From Erysipelotrichaceae bacterium (lineage in GTDB: Bacteria > Bacillota_I > Bacilli_A > Erysipelotrichales > Coprobacillaceae), in assembly GCA_028698185.1 (NCBI GenBank), contig JAQVDW010000006.1, forward strand, positions 63,816-95,815: DNA of 32,000 bases, given 5' to 3'. A program made the position numbers and the translations under genes. The notes beneath the pieces were generated by a model. The model had not been told where the DNA came from and did not search any database. It saw only the letters and a program-made list of their open reading frames with translations. Shown piece after piece: positions 18,452-26,147 of the stretch (positions within the stretch are counted from its first letter, which is position 1; each line of letters starts with the position of its first letter).

Positions 18452-20093
18452 CGATATCCCTCCAATTTCCACAAATCAATTGTACACGATAATCTTTGAA
18501 GATGCCAACGATATAATCATTCCCGATTCTTTCAACCAGGCTGTAGCGAAACAGCAACTCCTGATCGTAACCCTTATCCACCAGATGATGCAGGACTTTC
18601 TTGGCCTCACCAATGCTCAGGGTCGGTTCATAGAAGCGTTTGGGTTTCACTTTGGCATTCGTGAAGTAGTCACAGACAAGTTCCTTGAACAGGGCCTGAT
18701 TCTCCTTTTGCAGGAATTCAAAGAGGTAGCCATACAGTTCGTGAAGCTGGTACCCCATCTTTTTGAAATTGCGCCCCCGATAAAATTCGCCGAGTTTCAA
18801 GAAGAAATCAAACATCGAAGGATAGCGTTCATATATCTTGTTCATGGTCGCCTCAAAGCGGCCGCTGTTCCAGTATTTTTCCAGCATATCTTCGACCAGG
18901 TGGATCTTGGCGATATCTTCAGCGCTCAGATCCGCCGAACTGGTTATCTCATAAGGGGCTGTCTGTTCGAACTCGTAGCCATATTCCTCATGATTCTGGC
19001 GCAGGCTCGTTCCCCGCAGGAGCTTCAAGAAGCCTAGCTGCAATTCCTTGGGTTTCAAGGCGAAGACATCATCGAAAGATTTCTTGAACCTTGCAAGCTT
19101 TTCAAGAGGCAATCCGGCAATCAGATCGAGGTGGAGAACGATATTGTGGGCCTGTTGGAGAGTAGTAATGACTTGTTCAAGCCGCTGGAAGTTCTGATAT
19201 CTTTTCACAATCAGGTTCGTTGGTTCATAGGTCGATTGGATCCCGATTTCCAGCCGCACCAGATCAGGCGGCACCTGCTGGGTCAAAAAATCAAGCAGGC
19301 GTTGGTCGAGGACATCGCCGTTTATTTCGAACTGGAAAACAACCCCGGCATCCTTTTTCGTCACAATATATTCCAGGATGGCCAACGCATGCTCATATTT
19401 GGCATTGAACGAACGGTCAAGAAACTTCACAGTCTTGGCCCCGCTGGCGATAATGGCATCAAGCTGTCCGGTCAGATAATCCACTGAGAAAAAGCGCAGT
19501 CCGACTTCCAGCGAGGAAAGGCAATATTGGCACTGGTAGGGGCAGCCACGACTTGTCTCGAAATAGAGAATCCGGTTTTTCATGTCCTTGAGATCCTTGT
19601 CCAGAACATAAGGTGAGTCGAGGCTTTCAATATAGCTAGGATCAACCAGTCTGGTCTGGTAGTGATCCCTTTTATGTCTTGATGAAACGCCGCGGATGGA
19701 AACTTCCTGGCCGTTTTCAATACAGTCAAGAAGACTGTTTAGCGCCACTTCACCTTCGCCGGAAATGAGATAGTCAATTTGATAATTGTCCATGAAATGG
19801 TCGACATCATAGCTTACTTCCGGACCGCCTACGATGATGTTTATTGCCGGGAACCTTGCTTTTATCGTGGAAATCAAAGCCATGGTCTTTTCAACGTTCC
19901 ATATATAGACGGAAAAGACAAGGTTGTCCGGCTGGAAGTCCATCAGACTGGCCAGAATCATTTCGCTTTCTTCCTTGATAGTGAATTCGACAAAGTCGAC
20001 ATCATGGTGATCCTTGCAGGCGACATAGAGCAGGCGCAAAGACAGGGCCTTATGAATGAATTTGGAGTTTAGAGTAGTAATTATTGTTTTCAT
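18444..20093 (-). CDS. B12-binding-domain radical SAM protein with a C-terminal extension (DUF4080-like, from memory)
   Basis: 549 aa. The N-terminus is flavodoxin-like and of the cobalamin-binding type (IITTLNSKFIH..NLVFSVYIWN..IIVGGPEVS). The radical SAM cluster motif is SRGCPYQCQYC. The stop codon at 18446-18444 overlaps the next gene's start. Confidence 0.85.
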   Translation of the reverse strand: MKTIITTLNSKFIHKALSLRLLYVACKDHHDVDFVEFTIKEESEMILASLMDFQPDNLVFSVYIWNVEKTMALISTIKARFPAINIIVGGPEVSYDVDHFMDNYQIDYLISGEGEVALNSLLDCIENGQEVSIRGVSSRHKRDHYQTRLVDPSYIESLDSPYVLDKDLKDMKNRILYFETSRGCPYQCQYCLSSLEVGLRFFSVDYLTGQLDAIIASGAKTVKFLDRSFNAKYEHALAILEYIVTKKDAGVVFQFEINGDVLDQRLLDFLTQQVPPDLVRLEIGIQSTYEPTNLIVKRYQNFQRLEQVITTLQQAHNIVLHLDLIAGLPLEKLARFKKSFDDVFALKPKELQLGFLKLLRGTSLRQNHEEYGYEFEQTAPYEITSSADLSAEDIAKIHLVEDMLEKYWNSGRFEATMNKIYERYPSMFDFFLKLGEFYRGRNFKKMGYQLHELYGYLFEFLQKENQALFKELVCDYFTNAKVKPKRFYEPTLSIGEAKKVLHHLVDKGYDQELLFRYSLVERIGNDYIVGIFKDYRVQLICGNWRDIDD

Positions 20094-20104
20094 GTTTTTC
20101 CTTT

Positions 20105-20128
20105 AAAAAAAGCCTGAATAATCAGGCT
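20105..20128 (-). terminator. Rho-independent terminator after the M15 peptidase gene
   Basis: Minus strand: AGCCTGA-TTAT-TCAGGCT followed by T6, starting at the TAA stop codon. Confidence 0.6.
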
Positions 20129-21360
20129 TAGCGTGCAACCACTGTTGGCAAAATGCCGTTTTCTAAACAGTACTGTTCAAATGTGATGTTTGCATCCGTT
20201 ATTTCCTGGGCAACTTCAGCCCCGACATATCTAAAATGCCACGGTTCGTGGGCAATTCCGGTCAGATCGCTTGTGGATTCAGGGTAACGGTTGATAAAGC
20301 CATATTTTGCCGCGTTGGCCAAAACCCACTTGTATTCGGCGGTGTCACCGAAAGTGATTCTCGTACCATCGACAACCGACTGGCTGGTAAGATCGACTCC
20401 TAGACCGGTCTGGTGTTCGCTTGCTCCGGGCAATGCCACATATTGGGAAGCGTACAGGCCACCATAACGGGTCTCAATATCCTGATAAGTCTGAGCTTGG
20501 ACCGTATATGAGCGGTACCCGCTGTTGAATACCAGACTCAGCCCTTCAGCCTTGGCATCTTCATACATCTGTTGCAAGGCATCTGCCACAACCTGGCGCA
20601 CCAATGGATTTTCACAATCCGGAGCAATCGGCATCGGTGCCTCAACCAGATCACCTGGCTCATATGAATTGTCAAGGTAGAATCCGGCTTTTACCAAAGT
20701 TAGAATCTCATCAGGGTTGGTAATCGTATAACCGCGGCCACTGTATTCAGCGGTCGACAGGATGAACGGATAATTCGTAATCCCGACTGTATATGTCGGA
20801 TTGTTGTTCGTTTTGTCGGCTTCGATGTAGGCTTTCATGTTTTTGACCATGTAGCCGTTAACTTCAAGGTATGGCGCGATTTGGGTCGCACTCAGTTTGT
20901 TGTCGATCAGGTACTCGAAGTCGCTGATTGATGCGCTGTTTGAAACCATCGCCCAGATTCCGTCATGGTCAAATCCCAATTCTTCCAGCTGAGAATATAT
21001 CTCACCATTGAGTTCATCGACGTAGCTGACAATTTCCGATGGCTGATAATCCTGAAAAAGTTCGTAATATTTTTCGTAATCATCATAATTTACCGGGGTC
21101 GCTTCCAGGTCATGCCAGATATCAAAATGTTCCATGAAATCCGATGCCAAAATCTCATTTTCAGCTTCGCCTTCCATCGCCACAATCTGGTTGGCCTGGG
21201 TGAAATTGTAGCCCTTGACCAGGGCCCGGATCCGGTTGAAATTCAGGAATACGACCACAGCGACAATCGCCACAACCAAGCCGATTATCCCAAATATTTT
21301 CAAGTTGTTGTTGCTTTTTCGACCATACGAATAGCTATACGAGTTGCTTCTTTTTAGCAC
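20128..21360 (-). CDS. VanY-like D-alanyl-D-alanine carboxypeptidase (peptidase M15B) with an N-terminal membrane anchor
   Basis: 410 aa. The TM segment is IFGIIGLVVAIVAVVVFL. Zinc-site blocks are SGYRSY, PGASEHQTGLGVDL and HEPWHFRYVG. The GTG start at 21360 has AAGGAG 8 nt upstream and overlaps the preceding gene by 7 nt. Confidence 0.85.
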   Translation of the reverse strand: MLKRSNSYSYSYGRKSNNNLKIFGIIGLVVAIVAVVVFLNFNRIRALVKGYNFTQANQIVAMEGEAENEILASDFMEHFDIWHDLEATPVNYDDYEKYYELFQDYQPSEIVSYVDELNGEIYSQLEELGFDHDGIWAMVSNSASISDFEYLIDNKLSATQIAPYLEVNGYMVKNMKAYIEADKTNNNPTYTVGITNYPFILSTAEYSGRGYTITNPDEILTLVKAGFYLDNSYEPGDLVEAPMPIAPDCENPLVRQVVADALQQMYEDAKAEGLSLVFNSGYRSYTVQAQTYQDIETRYGGLYASQYVALPGASEHQTGLGVDLTSQSVVDGTRITFGDTAEYKWVLANAAKYGFINRYPESTSDLTGIAHEPWHFRYVGAEVAQEITDANITFEQYCLENGILPTVVAR

Positions 21361-21920
21361 TTATTTTTCTCCTTAAATTCCAAGTATTGTTTTTTTCCTG
21401 ACTGGTACTGGTCATTGCCATAGGTGTCGTTGATCACAACCAACGGCATGTCTTTCACCTCAAGTCTGCGAATGGCTTCGGGACCGAGATCCTCAAAGGC
21501 AATTACTGTCGAACTCAAAACGCAGTTGCCAATAAGGGCTCCGGTACCTCCGATGGCACCGAAGTAGACACCTTGGTATTTGACAATGGCGTCTTTTACT
21601 TCCTGGCTGCGGTCTCCCTTGCCAATCATTGTTTTAAGTCCCAGGGAAATGAGTTTGGGTGCGAAACTGTCCATCCGATATGACGTGGTCGGACCGCCGC
21701 TGCCAAAAACCTCGCCCGGTTTGGTCGGTGTCGGACCCACATAGAAGATGGTGGCGTCTTTTATATCAAAAGGCAGTTCTTCATTGTTGTCAATCAGCTT
21801 GACAAGACGGGCATGGGCCGCATCCCGGCCGGTATAGATTGTTCCAGAGAGGAGCACCTGATCCCCGCTTTTGAGATTCGTCAGCTTGTCAGATGTGAGT
21901 GGTGTTTGTAAGTGGATCAT
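21354..21920 (-). CDS. Fe-S hydro-lyase beta subunit (class I fumarate hydratase / L(+)-tartrate dehydratase beta type)
   Basis: 188 aa counted from ATG 21920. Blocks are GDQVLLSGTIYTGRDAAHARL, FYVGPTP and GKGDRS. The ATG overlaps the alpha subunit's TGA stop (ATGA). Confidence 0.8.
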   Translation of the reverse strand: MIHLQTPLTSDKLTNLKSGDQVLLSGTIYTGRDAAHARLVKLIDNNEELPFDIKDATIFYVGPTPTKPGEVFGSGGPTTSYRMDSFAPKLISLGLKTMIGKGDRSQEVKDAIVKYQGVYFGAIGGTGALIGNCVLSSTVIAFEDLGPEAIRRLEVKDMPLVVINDTYGNDQYQSGKKQYLEFKEKNKC

Positions 21921-22762
21921 AGACTCGCCTCCATGTGTCGCGATACGTGACAGCAAATGGCCACAGCAACCGGCAATCCGGCAATGTGGGTCGGCATCGT
22001 TTCGATATTCAATCCCAGAGCGGTAGTCTTTCCGCCAAGCCCGGCGGGTCCGATTCCGGTCGCATTGACAATTTCCAGCAGTTCATCTTCCAAAGCGGCA
22101 TAACGTCCGTCGGGATGATGGCTGCCGATTTTTCGGAGCATCGCCTGTTTGGCAAGATAGGCAACCTTGTCAAAGGACCCGCCGATCCCCACTCCGACCA
22201 CGATTGGCGGGCAAGGATTCGATGAAGCCGTGGTGACAACTTCTTCGACAAACTGTCGCACTCCGGCTACCCCTTCGCTGGGTTTGAGCATTTTTATTTT
22301 CGACATGTTTTCCGAACCGAAACCTTTGGGGGCGAAAACGATCTTGAATTCATCGCCTTCGACAAGGTCGATATAGATCAAAGCCGGTGTATTGTCCTGG
22401 GTGTTCTTGCGGTCGAACAGCGGATCGTCGACTACCGATTTGCGCAAGTAACCATCCTGGTATCCTTGAGCCACACCTTTGTTTATGGCATCCTTCAGGC
22501 TGCCTCCGGTAATCGCCACTTCCTGACCGATGGTGATATAGACATTGGCCATCCCGGTGTCCTGGCAGATCGGTTTGCATGTGGTTCTGGCAATTTCATT
22601 GTTGTGCTTTATTGTTTTTAGAGTTTCCTGGGCCAGCGGAAAATCTTCCGCGGCGATTGCCCGGTCAAGGGCTATTGACACATCTTCAGGCAACTCGACT
22701 GCCGCCTTTTGCGCCAGTTTGGCGATGGTGGCAGTGATGTCCTGACATCTAATTTCTCTCAT
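21917..22762 (-). CDS. Fe-S hydro-lyase alpha subunit (class I fumarate hydratase / tartrate dehydratase alpha type)
   Basis: 281 aa counted from ATG 22762. It has the cluster-ligand block KPICQDTGM and the VVGVGIGGSFD block. The ATG overlaps the rpiR-family gene's TGA stop (ATGA). The 57-codon extension in the ORF track lies inside that upstream gene. Confidence 0.8.
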   Translation of the reverse strand: MREIRCQDITATIAKLAQKAAVELPEDVSIALDRAIAAEDFPLAQETLKTIKHNNEIARTTCKPICQDTGMANVYITIGQEVAITGGSLKDAINKGVAQGYQDGYLRKSVVDDPLFDRKNTQDNTPALIYIDLVEGDEFKIVFAPKGFGSENMSKIKMLKPSEGVAGVRQFVEEVVTTASSNPCPPIVVGVGIGGSFDKVAYLAKQAMLRKIGSHHPDGRYAALEDELLEIVNATGIGPAGLGGKTTALGLNIETMPTHIAGLPVAVAICCHVSRHMEASL

Positions 22763-23583
22763 TTGATAATACTCCCTGCTACATTTGGATAAAATAAAGA
22801 ATAATAGCGAAGCGACATCAGTTCGATGGTCGCGAGTAACGCATGTTTTCCCACCCGGGCTTTGTCCTTGTCTCCGATGATGATCCGGTGGGAAATTTTT
22901 AGATCTATCATTTTTTCGAAATCCGGGTTGCATGTGATCAAGATTACCTTGCAGCCTGACTTCTTGATGTAAGCCAAAGTCTTGTTGTTGCCGGTGACAT
23001 AAAGCCCGTTGACGGAGATGATCACGGCTACCGAATCCGAATCAAGATTCTGGGCACAGTTGAGCTGTCGTTCATCATCGAGATATGCCATGGTGAACTT
23101 CTCGAGCATCAGCAGGTCAGTCTGGAAATGCAAGGCGATCGATTGGGAAAACTGGGTCCCAAAAAAAGCGACACTTTCAGTTTGATTGATAAGGTGCAAA
23201 ACGCGGTCAATTTCATCCCAATCAAGATAATTTGGCAGATCGAGTATCACATCGGAAACCTTGCTGGCAAAATAGCTGACCGCTTCTTTTGGCTTTTTTG
23301 TCATCAAATCGATGTCGACATCGATCAAATTGTTGAATTTTTTCATATCTGAGGAGAATTCGGCACATTCCTGTTTCAAATGGGCGAAGTTCTCATATCC
23401 TAACGCTCGACAAAATCGTGAAATCGTCGCAGGCGAAACGTAGCATTTTTTTGCCAGTTCACTGATTCCCATCGTTGCAATTTCTGAAAAGTGGTGAGCC
23501 AGATACCACCCGATATTATAATTAGTATCATTATCATCAGCAGTATCTAAAAAAATAATCAATCGATAAAACAATTTTTTCAT
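22759..23583 (-). CDS. RpiR/MurR family transcriptional regulator (HTH plus SIS domain)
   Basis: 274 aa counted from ATG 23583, with AAGGAGG upstream. The HTH is GISELAKKCYVSPATISRFCRALGY. The SIS-like central and C-terminal region includes VAFFGTQFS and VAVIISVNG. Confidence 0.8.
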   Translation of the reverse strand: MKKLFYRLIIFLDTADDNDTNYNIGWYLAHHFSEIATMGISELAKKCYVSPATISRFCRALGYENFAHLKQECAEFSSDMKKFNNLIDVDIDLMTKKPKEAVSYFASKVSDVILDLPNYLDWDEIDRVLHLINQTESVAFFGTQFSQSIALHFQTDLLMLEKFTMAYLDDERQLNCAQNLDSDSVAVIISVNGLYVTGNNKTLAYIKKSGCKVILITCNPDFEKMIDLKISHRIIIGDKDKARVGKHALLATIELMSLRYYSLFYPNVAGSIIK

Positions 23584-23970
23584 AGCGCGCCTCCTTGTGT
23601 CATTATACATTATTTCATTTGGTTTTTAAATTAATTTTTATTGTTTCTAAGATTAATTTTCGGCGCTATTTTGCAGTTGTAAGTCAACACAACGCGAATT
23701 AACGGAACAGTCGAAAAATCAATTATTCTATTAAATTAACACTTGTAACCGTTTAAAATCAATGAATTTGTTCGATTGCATCGGATTTAATTCATTTATT
23801 TGCAATTGCAACGATAAATTATGTGAAATTCCAATCATTAACAATTAGTTCATATTGAGTTCACAATACTATCATATATTACAAGTGTAGTAAGTTTCCT
23901 TGCTTGCTACATATGTAAATTTTCCCTTTTTTATAATAATTACTGTTTGGGTAGCCCTTAACCTGAACAA

Positions 23971-24010
23971 GGAGCAAAGATGTCCCCTCGTCTTTGCTCC
24001 AATTTTTTTA
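23971..24010 (+). terminator. Strong hairpin with a plus-strand T-run (orphan terminator)
   Basis: GGAGCAAAGA-10 nt-TCTTTGCTCC is a perfect 10-bp stem, followed by AATTTTTTT on the plus strand. There is no comparable T-run on the minus strand. Confidence 0.5.
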
Positions 24011-24014
24011 CCTA

Positions 24015-24056
24015 AAAAGCGTCAGACCGAAGAGATCTTCGTTCTGGCGCTTTTTA
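24015..24056. terminator. Bidirectional terminator immediately after argB
   Basis: The hairpin is GCGTCAGACCGAAGA-GA-TCTTCGTTCTGGCGC. It is flanked by TTTTT on the plus strand (24051-24055). An A-run on the plus strand at 24015-24018 contributes to a TTTTT run in the minus-strand read. Confidence 0.7.
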
Positions 24057-24899
24057 TTTTGATATTTCTGTCCCGATTCCTTGGGCCGTGAAGATTTCAA
24101 TGATCATTGAATGCGGTTCGCGGCCGTCAAGAATATGGATTTTTTCGATTTTGTCCAGGGCGGCGATGCAGTTTTTGATCTTGACTGCCATGCCCCCTTC
24201 AATGACGCCCTGTTCAATCAGGTTGTTGGCCATGGTTTCATTGATATGGTGGATAAGAGAGTTGGGATTGTTGACATTCGAAAGTACGCCTTTCTGGTCG
24301 GTCAGGAAGACCAGTTTCGAAGCGTTCAGGCTGCGAGCGACTTCGGTTGCCACATCATCGGCATTGACATTGTAGCCCTGCCCGGCATCGTCAACCCCGA
24401 TTGATGAGATTACCGGAGTGTAGCCTAGTTCCAGCAGCGAGTTGATCAGGGTAGGGTCGATTTCCTTGATCGTCCCCACATAACCATAATCGGTATTCTG
24501 TTCGACTTTGATCATCTGACCATCCTTGCCAGAAAGGCCGACCGCTTTGACCTGATGTTCGCCCAGGTATCCAACCAGATCCTTGTTCACCTTGCCGCAC
24601 AATACCATCTGTACGACCTCCAGTGTGTCCTCGTCGGTAACCCGCAATCCGTTTTTGAATTGCGATTTGATTTTCGCCTTGTCCAGCCAACGGTTGATTT
24701 CTTTCCCGCCGCCATGGACGATGACAACTTTGATACCTACACTTTTCAAAACAGCGATGTCCTGAAGCACGCTTTTTTTGATTTCCTCGTTTTCCATTGC
24801 CGATCCGCCGTATTTGACGACCATGATGTGGCCGGAAAACTTCTGCATATAACTGAGCGCATCAACCAATACTTGCGCTGTTTGTTGTTCACTTACCAT
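24054..24899 (-). CDS. argB: Acetylglutamate kinase
   Basis: Blocks are VVKYGGSAM, VIVHGGG and NVNADD. Start chosen at ATG 24899, with GGAGG 6 nt upstream, just after the argJ stop. The track ORF extension overlaps argJ. Confidence 0.9.
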   Translation of the reverse strand: MVSEQQTAQVLVDALSYMQKFSGHIMVVKYGGSAMENEEIKKSVLQDIAVLKSVGIKVVIVHGGGKEINRWLDKAKIKSQFKNGLRVTDEDTLEVVQMVLCGKVNKDLVGYLGEHQVKAVGLSGKDGQMIKVEQNTDYGYVGTIKEIDPTLINSLLELGYTPVISSIGVDDAGQGYNVNADDVATEVARSLNASKLVFLTDQKGVLSNVNNPNSLIHHINETMANNLIEQGVIEGGMAVKIKNCIAALDKIEKIHILDGREPHSMIIEIFTAQGIGTEISK

Positions 24900-24909
24900 T
24901 TTTGCCTCC

Positions 24910-26133
24910 TTATGACCGATAATCGGCATTGATTTTGACATAGTCATAGCTCAGATCGCATCCCCAAGCCCGAGCTTTCTGATCCCCTTCATGCATGTCG
25001 ACAAGCACGTTAACTTTTTCATTGTCGATAATTTCAGTCGCCTTTTCTTCCGAATAGTCGGTAGCCATCCCTTTTTCAACAAGTTTGATCTTCTGACCGT
25101 TGGATTGCAGATAGATATCGACAATCGTATCGTCAAAATCAACTCCGGCATAGCCCATTGCACAGAACAACCGACCCCAGTTGGCGTCATTTCCAAACAT
25201 CGCAGTCTTGACCAGCGGTGATGTGCAGATTGATTTGGCGATGATTTTCGCATTTTCCTTTGAAGAGCAGTTGACAACATCGACTTCCAGCAATTTGGTA
25301 GCCCCTTCTCCGTCTCCGGCTATCGCTTTGGCAAGATAAGTGCAGATGATGCTCAATGCTTCCTTGAACAGGTCATAGTCATGACCAGGTCCTACGATTT
25401 CGGGATTGTGCGCCAGCGAGTTGGCCATGCAAAGAACCGTATCGTTTGTCGAAGTGTCGCGGTCGACCGAGATCATATTGAAAGTCTCATTGACAACTTC
25501 CTTAACCATCGCGTCAAGGACTGTTTTGGAAATATTGCAGTCAGTGGTGATGAATCCTAGCATGGTCGCCATGTTGGGATGGATCATTCCTGATCCCTTG
25601 GCACAGCACCCAAGCGTCACGGTCTTACCTGAAAGGGAAACCTCGATTGCCATATGCTTCGGTTTCGTGTCGGTCGTCATGATCGCTGTAGCCACGTCGA
25701 TTCCCGCCTGATCCGATTCGCTTAGAAGATCGATGGCTTTAGGCAAACCGGCTTCGATGATGTCCATAGGCAATTGTTTTCCAATGACCCCGGTCGAACA
25801 GATCAAAACCTCATGTTCGTCGAGCCCCATGTTTTCAGCCACGAGCCGGGCGAAACGCTGGTTGTTCAATTCTCCGGCAACCCCGGTGCAGGCATTTGCA
25901 ACGCCTGAATTGATCGCGATAACTTTTGCTGTCGAGTAATTGTCGACAATGTTTTTATCCCAAACCACAGGAGCCGCTTTGACGACATTGGTAGTGAATG
26001 TCCCGACACATTTGGCCGGCACTTGCGAAACGATCATCGCCAGGTCCTTTTTGGCTTTTTTTATGCCGATATAGCAACCGACACCCAGATAGCCGATCGG
26101 TGAAGTAACTGTTCCATTTTCAATTATTTTCAT
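24910..26133 (-). CDS. argJ: Bifunctional glutamate N-acetyltransferase / amino-acid acetyltransferase
   Basis: 407 aa. The autoprocessing site is PNMATMLGFITTD. The C-terminus WGCDLSYDYVKINADYRS is typical of ArgJ. Confidence 0.95.
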   Translation of the reverse strand: MKIIENGTVTSPIGYLGVGCYIGIKKAKKDLAMIVSQVPAKCVGTFTTNVVKAAPVVWDKNIVDNYSTAKVIAINSGVANACTGVAGELNNQRFARLVAENMGLDEHEVLICSTGVIGKQLPMDIIEAGLPKAIDLLSESDQAGIDVATAIMTTDTKPKHMAIEVSLSGKTVTLGCCAKGSGMIHPNMATMLGFITTDCNISKTVLDAMVKEVVNETFNMISVDRDTSTNDTVLCMANSLAHNPEIVGPGHDYDLFKEALSIICTYLAKAIAGDGEGATKLLEVDVVNCSSKENAKIIAKSICTSPLVKTAMFGNDANWGRLFCAMGYAGVDFDDTIVDIYLQSNGQKIKLVEKGMATDYSEEKATEIIDNEKVNVLVDMHEGDQKARAWGCDLSYDYVKINADYRS

Positions 26134-26147
26134 ATGTTTCTCCTTTT

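Noticed and set aside
17939-19037. Long plus-strand ORFs (186 aa at 17939-18499 and 220 aa at 18375-19037) antisense to the ATP-cone and radical SAM genes.
   Set aside because: They have no RBS and no recognisable motifs. They lie entirely opposite genes with clear domain signatures and coupled starts. These are typical shadow ORFs.
22763-22933. A 57-codon N-terminal extension of the hydro-lyase alpha ORF, and similar extensions of the beta ORF (to 21956), subunit E (to 10088), argB (to 24947), argF (to 28543), the M19 gene (to 29513), DegV (to 30803), the rpiR-family gene (to 23610), the ATP-cone gene (to 18472) and ppk (from 3344).
   Set aside because: Each extension overlaps the preceding gene or lacks an RBS. 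In every case an internal start with a good Shine-Dalgarno sequence yields the family-typical N-terminus.
23900-24091. A 63-aa hydrophobic ORF (TTG start) in the rpiR-argB spacer.
   Set aside because: It has no RBS. It reads through two terminator hairpins and continues antisense into the 3' end of argB.
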